Positions 11,001 to 18,336 of a stretch of DNA of 64,000 nucleotides are shown here, piece by piece. The notes under the pieces were generated by a model. That model was not told the DNA's origin. It did not search any database and saw only the letters and a list, made by a program, of their open reading frames with translations. The position numbers and the translations under genes are program-made. The stretch lies in NCBI GenBank assembly GCA_965248735.1, contig OZ252146.1:4050925-4114924 (forward strand). The letters run 5' to 3'. The number at the start of each line of letters is the position of its first letter. The stretch's first letter is position 1. The stretch comes from Candidatus Aldehydirespirator sp. Its GTDB lineage: Bacteria > Actinomycetota > Acidimicrobiia > Acidimicrobiales > Aldehydirespiratoraceae.

Positions 11001-12580
11001 TCGGGGCGGTCTGGAGCCGCGACGCTCCACACGCCGGGACGCTCGACTACGAGCTCGGGCGACCCCGGCGCAAGCTCGATCGCCGCGCCGGCCGGGTCGG
11101 TCACGATTGCGCCCGATTGCGGCGGCACGGCCAGCGCCTCGCCAACCTCGATCGAAGACGGGGGCAGCACCGCCCCCGTCAACTCGGCCAGCAGGCGGTC
11201 GCCGAGAAGGGGGAAGGCCAGCTGCAGCGGCAGGTTCGAGTCGCTCAGCTCGAACGTCAGGTAGGCGAACCGCACGCCGTCGGCTCGCCCCCGAAGCAGC
11301 AGGGGCGCGGACTCCGCACCGAGCAGGACTTCGGCTGTTTCGGAGCGGACCTGCTGGGCGGTGGCCACCGCGAGGCCCGACAGGTCGATTCCCTGCAGCA
11401 GCGGATCGTCGGAGCGCACCAGCGCCAGTGCCGGAGCCGCGGCCTCTCCGACGACCGACACGCCCGGAGCTCCGGAGGGCGGGCGGATGGCGAGGAAGGG
11501 CGTCGGGGGTGCAGCCGGCACCGCAGACCGGTTGTAGACCGTCAGGTCCGCCGGTTCGGGGTCCCCGTCGGAAACCAGCGCGAGCCCGTCGACGGCTGAG
11601 AGCAGGGCGCCGAGGAACGGGTCGGGCTGGCCCACGACCTGCACTCGGATCGATTGGCGCCGCCGGCTCACCGCAGTGCGGCGATTGTCGGCGGCCAGCA
11701 GGTCCTCGCCCTCGAGGAAGGCATCGACTCGGTCGCCGACGGTCAGATCGGTCTCGTGCACCAGTGTCTGGCCGGCCCCTAGCTCCAGCTCTACCCGCTC
11801 CCGGGTGCGCCCGTCGACGTCGAGTCGCAGCGTCTGGGTGGCCGCCGGGCCGCCCCGATTGGCGATGGTGACCCGAACGTGAAGTTCGGTGGGTCGGGCT
11901 TCGACGTCGAGGTCCACAACGGCTCGGTTGGTGGCGGCCGACCCGACCTGCTCATAGGTCGTGCCCGGCGGGAGCAGCCGCTGTTCCTCCTCGCTCAGAC
12001 CACCGTCGGAGAGCAGGACGAACCCGATGGCCGCGTCGGTCGTCTCGAGCCCTTCTGCGAGCGCGAACGCGGCCGCGAAGTCGGCACGGCCCGATGTGGC
12101 CCGGGTCGCCGCGACGGCCTCGTCGAAGGCATCGGCATCGGCGCTGGCCGACAGCAGCACTCGGGGCTGCGGGCCGACCTCGATGACGCTGGCGGTGCCT
12201 CCGCTGGGCAGTTCGCGGCGGACTTCGAGGGCCATGGCTCTGGCATCGGCGATGCGATTGGGCTCGCCGTCGAGCGCGAGCATCGATCCGGAGCCGTCGA
12301 TGAGGAACACGGTGTGCGGCGCAAGCCGCGTCTCTTCGACCTGCACGGGGTCGGCGATGGCGACGGCGAGCAGACCGACGCCGAGCAACTGGAGCAACAG
12401 CAGCCACGAGGGTCGGATCATTCGGAACGGCGAGGCCGAGGTAACGGGACGCTCGACGGCCCGCCACAGGAATATGGAGCTCACCACCTGGCGGGGTCGC
12501 CTCGGCTTGAGCACGTGCAGCAGCACGACCGGCACGGCCAGAAGCGCCCACCACAGCCCGACGGGGTTCGCGAACCTCAC
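8099..12580 (-). CDS. Giant BatA-like membrane protein with three VWA-type segments
   Basis: N-terminus MRFANPVGLWWALLAVPVVLLHVLKPRRPRQVVSSIFLW is a BatA/aerotolerance-type double-TM start. MIDAS-like DxSxS motifs VFLIDGSGSM, VFVVDASDSLG and LAIDTSGSMG. Internal and C-terminal TM segments. Last gene of the MoxR-DUF58 operon. Confidence 0.8.
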   Translation of the reverse strand: MRFANPVGLWWALLAVPVVLLHVLKPRRPRQVVSSIFLWRAVERPVTSASPFRMIRPSWLLLLQLLGVGLLAVAIADPVQVEETRLAPHTVFLIDGSGSMLALDGEPNRIADARAMALEVRRELPSGGTASVIEVGPQPRVLLSASADADAFDEAVAATRATSGRADFAAAFALAEGLETTDAAIGFVLLSDGGLSEEEQRLLPPGTTYEQVGSAATNRAVVDLDVEARPTELHVRVTIANRGGPAATQTLRLDVDGRTRERVELELGAGQTLVHETDLTVGDRVDAFLEGEDLLAADNRRTAVSRRRQSIRVQVVGQPDPFLGALLSAVDGLALVSDGDPEPADLTVYNRSAVPAAPPTPFLAIRPPSGAPGVSVVGEAAAPALALVRSDDPLLQGIDLSGLAVATAQQVRSETAEVLLGAESAPLLLRGRADGVRFAYLTFELSDSNLPLQLAFPLLGDRLLAELTGAVLPPSSIEVGEALAVPPQSGAIVTDPAGAAIELAPGSPELVVERPGVWSVAAPDRPELFVAVNPAAAESTLTPVPSLPTERRPLRPGESPPSSTSSLWPWVLGAALVAVAAEFLLARRRVGVGPRQWRLAAVVRILVVLALLGALLDIGFDRDAGDVATVFVVDASDSLGTRGRSEAIEFVRDALAAQPGGSRAGVVMFGGDARIELLLQQQASLAQPSVRIDPSRSDLAAALRLAGAILPADARRRVVLVSDGRATAGDAVREAARLRDEGIAVDTVLVDTPGAADIAIGAVRTPSRVSATELVPIDVKLQSTLAGPAVVTLRVDGEVVAAQRVDVVAGAQSVTFTDPAAGSGLRRYQVDVESRRDGVTQNNTAFAAVDVGGHPQVLMVEGAAGEGAELGAALEAGGLEVDTVSVVEIPELDELLSYSSVLLVDVSERQLSTRQVGALSGAVRDGGRGLVTIGGNRAYGLGGYYTSELERLLPVVSEILDPKRRQTVAEVLAIDTSGSMGACHCSEGQFASNRLDGGVNKTDISRAAAARTIAALGENDEIGVLAFDVEERWVLDLQKLPAQEVVNQGLAALSPDGGTNPSGSLDAAASALRESNAALKHVILFTDGFTSPGLLADLADDASALAAEGITVSVVATGEGASGGLEAVAEAGRGRFYPGRDLQQVPEIIMDEAVLASRDFVNEGEFLPTITSSRPVVAGLVESPPLLGYVATTARPRALTLLEIGPDGDPLLARWQVGLGTATSWTSDASERWSQLWTDWDGYVGFWSRVVRDTFPSLSDGTTAAIDDGVLRIRVETDGGFGDDAAAAARITDPALASREVALSRVGPDTFVGELGVDEAGVYVVGTTVVAADGSTTGGTALASQSYGREYEPGAPDGSLLARVAEAGSGRAGIEPPMAFETAGLPAGRSRVALGHWLVLAAALLFVVAIIISRLTLAPSSEAVPGRRRSRVQRPDRPGADPADAEAPDRTNSVAEEDSRLLEELAEDAESTRSSTVSALLERTRDRRRRDQE

Positions 12581-12650
12581 CGGAGCACGCCCTCCATGCG
12601 CAGCGCGAGAGGGCCGAGACGGAGGCGCTGCCCTGCGGTGTCGGCGTGAC

Positions 12651-13511
12651 TCACCGTAGGACGCCTTCCTTCCGCCAGCGGCTCAAGAGCAGGGGCTCGA
12701 GATCATCGCCGGCCAGGGTTCGGGTGTAGGCGGCGCCAATGTGACGGCAGCGGGCCGCCACCTCGTCGGCCCAGGCGATCGCGCCAGCGCGATAGTCGGC
12801 GAGGGTCTCGGGTGAGAGGCTCACCTGGAGCCGCTCTCGGGTCTCCCGGTCGACGATCTCGATGTCGCCATGGAGCTGCGGTTCGAGTTCGGCCCGCGAC
12901 AGCACGTGAACCACGACGAGGTCCCCGCCCCTTGCCGGGAGCCGGGAGATGCCGCGCTCCCAGTCCGGTGTGAGCAAGTCCGACACCAGCAGCGTCAGGC
13001 CGGGCCGGCCCGGTCGCGACAGGTGATGCAGCACAGCCTGCGCCACCGTGGTCGGACCGCTCGCGGCGAGCCCTTCGAGGTGGCGGAACAGGGGCGCGGC
13101 CGCCTGCCGGCCCGAGAAGCGCGGCGCCGGCCTGTCCTCGGGGAACGTGTGGACGCTGACGGTGTCGCGCCTCACCAGAGCAACGAACCCGACGGCTGCC
13201 GCCAGACGCTGCGCGTGCAGCAGCTTGCCGTCGGAGCCCATGGACGCCGACGTGTCGATCAGCAGCCGGACGTTCAGCTCATCGTCGGCCTCGAACAGCT
13301 TGATGAGCAGTACGTCGAGGCGGGCCATCAGGTGATAGTCGATGAGACGGAAGTCGTCGCCGGGGTGGTACTCGCGGTAGTCGGCGAAGTCCAGCGAGGA
13401 GCCGTGGCGGGGCGAGCGGTGCTCACCGGCCAGATGGCCGGCCAGCGGTCGCCGGGTTGCGAGCTGGAGCCGCTCGAGACGGCCCAGCAGCGCCGCCGGC
13501 AGCAGCGCCAC
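12651..13511 (-). CDS. DUF58 domain protein (VWA-like, MoxR partner)
   Basis: Characteristic SLDFADYREYHPGDDFRLIDYHLMAR and LLIDTSASMG; positioned directly after the MoxR ATPase gene. Confidence 0.85.
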   Translation of the reverse strand: MALLPAALLGRLERLQLATRRPLAGHLAGEHRSPRHGSSLDFADYREYHPGDDFRLIDYHLMARLDVLLIKLFEADDELNVRLLIDTSASMGSDGKLLHAQRLAAAVGFVALVRRDTVSVHTFPEDRPAPRFSGRQAAAPLFRHLEGLAASGPTTVAQAVLHHLSRPGRPGLTLLVSDLLTPDWERGISRLPARGGDLVVVHVLSRAELEPQLHGDIEIVDRETRERLQVSLSPETLADYRAGAIAWADEVAARCRHIGAAYTRTLAGDDLEPLLLSRWRKEGVLR

Positions 13512-13619
13512 TATCGCCGACTCCCGGCTCGTGGAGGCAGGCCCTCCCGACGCGGCACTATCGCGGCCCTCCGTCTCGTCCCAGCCGGACCACCCGCCGC
13601 GTCGCTGACAGCAGATCCA

Positions 13620-14624
13620 TCACGGCGCTCCCCGTATGCCGGAGCCGGGTTCTCCCACGGCGTCGAGGATGGCCTCGATGATCTGGTCGGCGCTGACGCC
13701 GTCGGCCGCGGCCTCGTACCCGAGCACCAGCCGATGGCGGAGGGCTCCGGGCGCGACAGCCCGGACGTCTTCGACCGACGACGACGGCCGGCCGGCCAGC
13801 AGAGCGGAGGCTTTGGACGCGAGCACGAGCGACTGCGCGCCGCGGGGCGAGGCACCGAAGCGGACATAGCGGCGCACCAACTCGGGGGCGGCCTCATGCT
13901 GCGGATGGCTGGCCACCACCAGATCGACGGCGTAGCGGGCGACGTGGCCCGCGATCGGCACCTCGCGGGTCAGCGCCACCATGGCGGAGATGTCGTCGCC
14001 GCTAGCGACGGGCTCGACTGTCGCCCCGTGCGTTCCGGTGGTCCGTTCCAGGATCGTCAGGAGTTCGTCGGCCGGCGGCATGGGAACGTGGATCTTGAGC
14101 AGGAACCGGTCGAGCTGGGCCTCCGGCAGCGGGTAGGTGCCCTCCATCTCCAGCGGATTCTGGGTGGCCATCACCAGGAACGGCCGGGGCAGCGGGCGGG
14201 TCGTCCCGCCTACGGTCACCGTCTGCTCCTGCATGGCCTCCAGCAGGGCCGACTGGGTCTTGGGGGTGGCCCGGTTGATCTCGTCGGCCAGTACGAGATT
14301 GGCGAAGACCGGGCCGGGCCGGAACCGGAAGTCGCGGCGGCTGCCGTCTCCGGACTCGAGCACCTGGGTGCCCACGATGTCGGCGGGCATGAGGTCGGGG
14401 GTGAACTGGACCCGCGCGAACTCCACGTCGACCGCGTCGGCCAGCGTGCGCAGCAGCATGGTCTTGCCGAGGCCGGGGACGCCCTCGAGGAGCGCGTGCC
14501 CCTCGCACAGCAGGCAGACGACCACTCCTCGGACGAGATCGACCTGGCCGACGATCACCTTGCCTATTTCGGCCTCGATGGCCGCGGCCACCGCGGCGTA
14601 GCGGTCCGGGTTCATGGCTGCCAT
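13620..14624 (-). CDS. MoxR-family AAA+ ATPase
   Basis: Walker A GVPGLGKT, Walker B LVLADEINRATPKTQSALLEAMQE, MoxR-typical length (334 aa) and operon context. Confidence 0.9.
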   Translation of the reverse strand: MAAMNPDRYAAVAAAIEAEIGKVIVGQVDLVRGVVVCLLCEGHALLEGVPGLGKTMLLRTLADAVDVEFARVQFTPDLMPADIVGTQVLESGDGSRRDFRFRPGPVFANLVLADEINRATPKTQSALLEAMQEQTVTVGGTTRPLPRPFLVMATQNPLEMEGTYPLPEAQLDRFLLKIHVPMPPADELLTILERTTGTHGATVEPVASGDDISAMVALTREVPIAGHVARYAVDLVVASHPQHEAAPELVRRYVRFGASPRGAQSLVLASKASALLAGRPSSSVEDVRAVAPGALRHRLVLGYEAAADGVSADQIIEAILDAVGEPGSGIRGAP

Positions 14625-14648
14625 TTGGTTGCCTGCCTTCCGTGGTGT

Positions 14649-16229
14649 TCAGAATCCGGCGATTGCGTCGAAGTATCGCTGCACGAGGGCACGCGCCGCG
14701 GGCGGAACCTGGCCCCGGTCCAGGCTCTTGACGGCCTCGTCGAGGTATGAGCCCAGCACCTCGCCGACCGGCACCCGCGCACCCGAGGTGCCGGTGATCC
14801 CCTGGCCCTGCCCGACGATCTCCGACTGGCCCGAGGTGGAGGCGCCTTCCACCCGCTGGATGTCGCTGGCACCGCCGGGAAGCCAGATGGTGGGGGCGCT
14901 GCGGTCGCCCGTCTCGGTGCTGTCGCCGCGGCCGCTCGCGGTGCCCTGGCCTCCCTGCCCCTGCCCGGTCCCGGAGCTCGCGCCTGTTACCGACCCCGAC
15001 GGCGACCCACTGCCCTGGCCCTGCCCTTGCCCCTGGCCCTGGCCCTGCCCTTGACCTTGACCCTGGCCCTGACCCTCTCCTTGGCCCTGACCCTGGCCCT
15101 GCCCTTGCCCCTGGCCCTGGCCGGGTTCCTGCGCCTGCTCGCCTGCGTCGCTCAGACGAGCCGCGGCGTCGCCCAGCAGGTCGACTGTGTTGGCCCTGGC
15201 CGTCTGGTCCAGCAGCGACGCCTCGCCGCTCCGCTGGGCCGATGCCGCCACGCCCAACGCCGCCGCAGCCCGGTCGAGGTCGCCCGATGCCAGCGCGGCG
15301 CCCGCGGATCCGAGTGCTCCGGCCGCGGCGGGGTTGCCTGCGGTCTGCGTGGCCGCTAGCGCCTCGAGGCGCCTGGCTATCGCAGCCCGATCCTGCTCCG
15401 ACAAGTCGCCGAGCGCCTCAGCGAGTGCCTCCAACTGGTTGGCCGCTCCGCCGAGACCCTCGGCGAGCGGCCGAGCTTCGAGGGACCTGTTCAACCCCTG
15501 CACGGCCGACTTCTCAGCCAGGAAATAGTCGGTGATGCCCGCTTCGAGCTCACTGCGAGCCTGTTCCAGCGCAGCCAGGCTCTCGTCCAGGGTGGCCTCC
15601 TCGAGCCGCTCCGCCAGACGTTCGAGCTGCTCGGCCAGCGCAGTCTGATCCGGTGACGCCAGCCCGTCGGCCGCAAGCGCCTCGGCCCGGGCCCGCAAGG
15701 CGTCGGCCGCCGCGGCCACCGCAGCCCGCTCCATGTCGGGGGCGCGGGCCGTCTCCGCGGCGGAGTCGGCGAGCAGCGCCAGGCCCAGCGCGGCCAGCGC
15801 CGCCGCGGCCGCAGCCCCCAGCGGGCGCCAGCCAACCCTCAGCGGAACGGCTCGGCGGACATCGCCGCGCCGGGCCGCGGCGTCGGCTCGGACCCGGATC
15901 TCGTCGCCGAACACGCCGACGAGGCCGGCGAACTGCAGCGATGTGGACAGCGCATCGTTGGTGTCCAACGAGCGGTCGGCCGAGCGGGCCGCCGCCTCGA
16001 TGCTCACCGGAAGGATGATGCTCCCCACGACCAACGCGATCAGAGCGCCCGCGCCGACGATCAAGGCCGCAGGTTCCAGCCATGCCCACGCGACGACTCG
16101 CGCCGACAGCACCAGCAGCAGTGCAATCCCGGCGGTGATCGGGGCCCAGCGCTCGAAGGCAGCCAGTGCCCACGCCGCTCTGATGCGTCGCCGCACCGCA
16201 ACGAGAAGGTCGGTCACCTGGTCCGACAC
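14649..16229 (-). CDS. Membrane protein with Ala-rich coiled-coil region and (GQ)n low-complexity tract
   Basis: GTG start. N-terminal TM helices (APITAGIALLLVLSARVV, ALIVGAGALIALVVGSIILPV), a long Ala/Leu/Glu-rich region, then about 19 GQ dipeptides. First gene of the MoxR operon. Confidence 0.6.
   Translation of the reverse strand: MSDQVTDLLVAVRRRIRAAWALAAFERWAPITAGIALLLVLSARVVAWAWLEPAALIVGAGALIALVVGSIILPVSIEAAARSADRSLDTNDALSTSLQFAGLVGVFGDEIRVRADAAARRGDVRRAVPLRVGWRPLGAAAAAALAALGLALLADSAAETARAPDMERAAVAAAADALRARAEALAADGLASPDQTALAEQLERLAERLEEATLDESLAALEQARSELEAGITDYFLAEKSAVQGLNRSLEARPLAEGLGGAANQLEALAEALGDLSEQDRAAIARRLEALAATQTAGNPAAAGALGSAGAALASGDLDRAAAALGVAASAQRSGEASLLDQTARANTVDLLGDAAARLSDAGEQAQEPGQGQGQGQGQGQGQGEGQGQGQGQGQGQGQGQGQGQGSGSPSGSVTGASSGTGQGQGGQGTASGRGDSTETGDRSAPTIWLPGGASDIQRVEGASTSGQSEIVGQGQGITGTSGARVPVGEVLGSYLDEAVKSLDRGQVPPAARALVQRYFDAIAGF
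15009..15123 (-). repeat. Hexanucleotide (CCCTGR/GGYCAG) tandem repeat encoding (GQ)n
   Basis: Direct reading: ~19 imperfect 6-nt units, in frame within the 14649-16229 CDS. Confidence 0.85.
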
Positions 16230-16246
16230 CGGTCAGCGCTCGGTCC

Positions 16247-16400
16247 GAGAGGCCGAGCGAACAGGCCACAGACTCTTCATGCTCGAACGGCTTGGATGGC
16301 GAGGCCGTGGCCCGAGCGGCCCGTGAGCGCAGCGAACAAGAGCGGGAAACACCCCGTTTCGACGCAAAGCGCTCTCACCCATCAGCGCTCGGTCTTGGCC
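16247..16400 (+). repeat. MITE-like element, copy D (diverged ends)
   Basis: Same 48-nt core, identical to copies A and C. It sits between two minus-strand genes, and its 3' end overlaps the last codons of the ABC-2 permease gene. Confidence 0.7.
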
Positions 16401-17422
16401 GGCGTCCGCAATCGCAGAGACGACATGATCGCCGAGAGCACGACCAGGGCGCCCATGATCAGCATGTGCTGCGCCCAGAAGGGCGGACCGCCCAGGCCGG
16501 GCGGCCCGCCGGCCTCTGCAGCAAGATTGGCGTTGGCGCTAGCGAACCCCGCGACCCCGGCCGGGCCGTCCACTTCGAAGAAGATGTCATTGACGACATG
16601 GTCACCGACGATGTCCGGTTCCAGCATCTCCCGGATCCCGCTGAGCGGACCGCTGATGTCCCGATAGAACGGATCGAGACCGAACTCCCCGCCGAAGTCC
16701 TCGGGCGTGTCGGTGGTGACGTCGGCCAGGGCCGCCACCGGGTTGGGGGCCAGGATCAGCCGGGGCGTGTCGTCCGTGTCGAAATTCTGGCGCCGGCCGA
16801 GTTCCTGGGCGACGCCGAACACCGCGAACGTGCCGACGCACAGCAGCAGGACCAGGCCGTAGGACAGCACGGTGGCGGTCTGGACACGCCTCATGAACGT
16901 CGAGCAGGCCACGGACAGGGCGGCCAGGCCCACCGCGGTGAACATCACCATGCCCAGGCCCTTCACGATCTGCGGGAACGTGACACCGCCGATCAGGTAG
17001 GCCACCGTCAGCAGGGGAAGCGTGGCCAGCACCAGCAGCAGGGTGAAAGCCACCGAGGCCCCGATCTTGCCCAAGACGATGCTCAGCGGACGCAGCAGGC
17101 TCACCTGCATCGGCATGAGGGTCTGCCGCTCGCGCTCGCCGGCCACGGATCCGGCTGTGAAGCCGGGCACGAGGAACAGGACCAGCAGCATCGTGAACAG
17201 CAGCATCCACTCGAAGATCGTCTCGCCGGCTGCAGCCAGCTCGCTCACCGGGGAGCCGTACCGGTTGTTGCCCAGGTCCGACTCGCTGCGGTAGACGACC
17301 ACGAGGACCAGGCCCAGCACGCCCAGGTAGGCCGACAGCATGACCATGGCCCGTGGGCCGCGCATGCGCTCGGTCAGCTCTCGGGAGAGGACCGGGTTGA
17401 TCCACGAGGCGGCCCGGCTCAT
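16382..17422 (-). CDS. ABC-2 type transporter permease
   Basis: Multi-TM protein of 346 aa. Its start overlaps the stop of the upstream ABC ATPase gene (17419-17422). N-terminal INPVLSRELTERMRG is typical of ABC-2/NosY-like permeases. Confidence 0.8.
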   Translation of the reverse strand: MSRAASWINPVLSRELTERMRGPRAMVMLSAYLGVLGLVLVVVYRSESDLGNNRYGSPVSELAAAGETIFEWMLLFTMLLVLFLVPGFTAGSVAGERERQTLMPMQVSLLRPLSIVLGKIGASVAFTLLLVLATLPLLTVAYLIGGVTFPQIVKGLGMVMFTAVGLAALSVACSTFMRRVQTATVLSYGLVLLLCVGTFAVFGVAQELGRRQNFDTDDTPRLILAPNPVAALADVTTDTPEDFGGEFGLDPFYRDISGPLSGIREMLEPDIVGDHVVNDIFFEVDGPAGVAGFASANANLAAEAGGPPGLGGPPFWAQHMLIMGALVVLSAIMSSLRLRTPAKTER

Positions 17423-18336
17423 TCCTCGCCCTCCCGGGTGAGGTTCAGGAAGATCTCTTCGAGGCCGCCGCCGACGCGGCTGAACTCCACCAGAGCCCGA
17501 GTGTCGTCGTCGGCCAGTGTTCGCAGCAGCACGGCCTGCTCATCGTCACTGTCAGCGGTGAGGTCCTCCACCGTGCCGTCGGCGAACTTGGCCCGGAGCC
17601 GACGGCCGCCGGTGAGCAGGCCGGAGACCTCCCCGGCCCGTCCCGATGCCAGGATCCGCCCGGACTGCATGATGGCGATGTGGCTGCACACGTCCTCGAT
17701 CTCGGAGAGGATGTGCGAGCTGACAATGATCGTCTTGCCCATCTCGGCGAGCTGCAGGAGCAGGGCCCGCAGTTCGGCCCTGGCCCTGGGATCTAGTCCG
17801 CTGGCGGGCTCGTCCAGTATCAGGACTTGAGGATCGTGGACTAGTGCTCTGGCCAGGCTCAGACGCTGCTTCATGCCGCGCGACAGGCTGTCCACCCGGG
17901 CGCTGCGCTTGCTTTCGAGGGCGACCAACTCCAGCAGCCCGTCGAGCAGGCCGGGCCGGGCCCGCACCGGGATCCTGTACGCCGCGGCGAAGAAGCGGAG
18001 GTACTCGTCCACGTCGAGGTCCGCGTACACGCCGAGCGAGTCGGGCATGTAGCCCAGCACCCTGCGGACCTCGCGGGGCGAGGCGACCGGGTCGTGGCCG
18101 AGAACCGACAGCGTGCCCGAGCTGGGCGTCAATATCGACGCGACTACCGAGAACGTGGTGGTCTTGCCCGCGCCGTTGGGACCGATCAGGCCATAGATGG
18201 CCCCGGTGGGGACTTCGAGGCTCAGGTCGTCCACGGCCACGAACTTGCCGAAGCGCTTGTGCAGGCCCCTGATGCTCACCGCAGTATCCGTGCGCGGACC
18301 GGCGGATTCGGGCTCGACTACGGCGGTCTGGCTCAT
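17419..18336 (-). CDS. ABC transporter ATP-binding protein
   Basis: Walker A GPNGAGKTT, signature LSRGMKQRLSLA, Walker B VLILDEPASGLD. Confidence 0.9.
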   Translation of the reverse strand: MSQTAVVEPESAGPRTDTAVSIRGLHKRFGKFVAVDDLSLEVPTGAIYGLIGPNGAGKTTTFSVVASILTPSSGTLSVLGHDPVASPREVRRVLGYMPDSLGVYADLDVDEYLRFFAAAYRIPVRARPGLLDGLLELVALESKRSARVDSLSRGMKQRLSLARALVHDPQVLILDEPASGLDPRARAELRALLLQLAEMGKTIIVSSHILSEIEDVCSHIAIMQSGRILASGRAGEVSGLLTGGRRLRAKFADGTVEDLTADSDDEQAVLLRTLADDDTRALVEFSRVGGGLEEIFLNLTREGEE

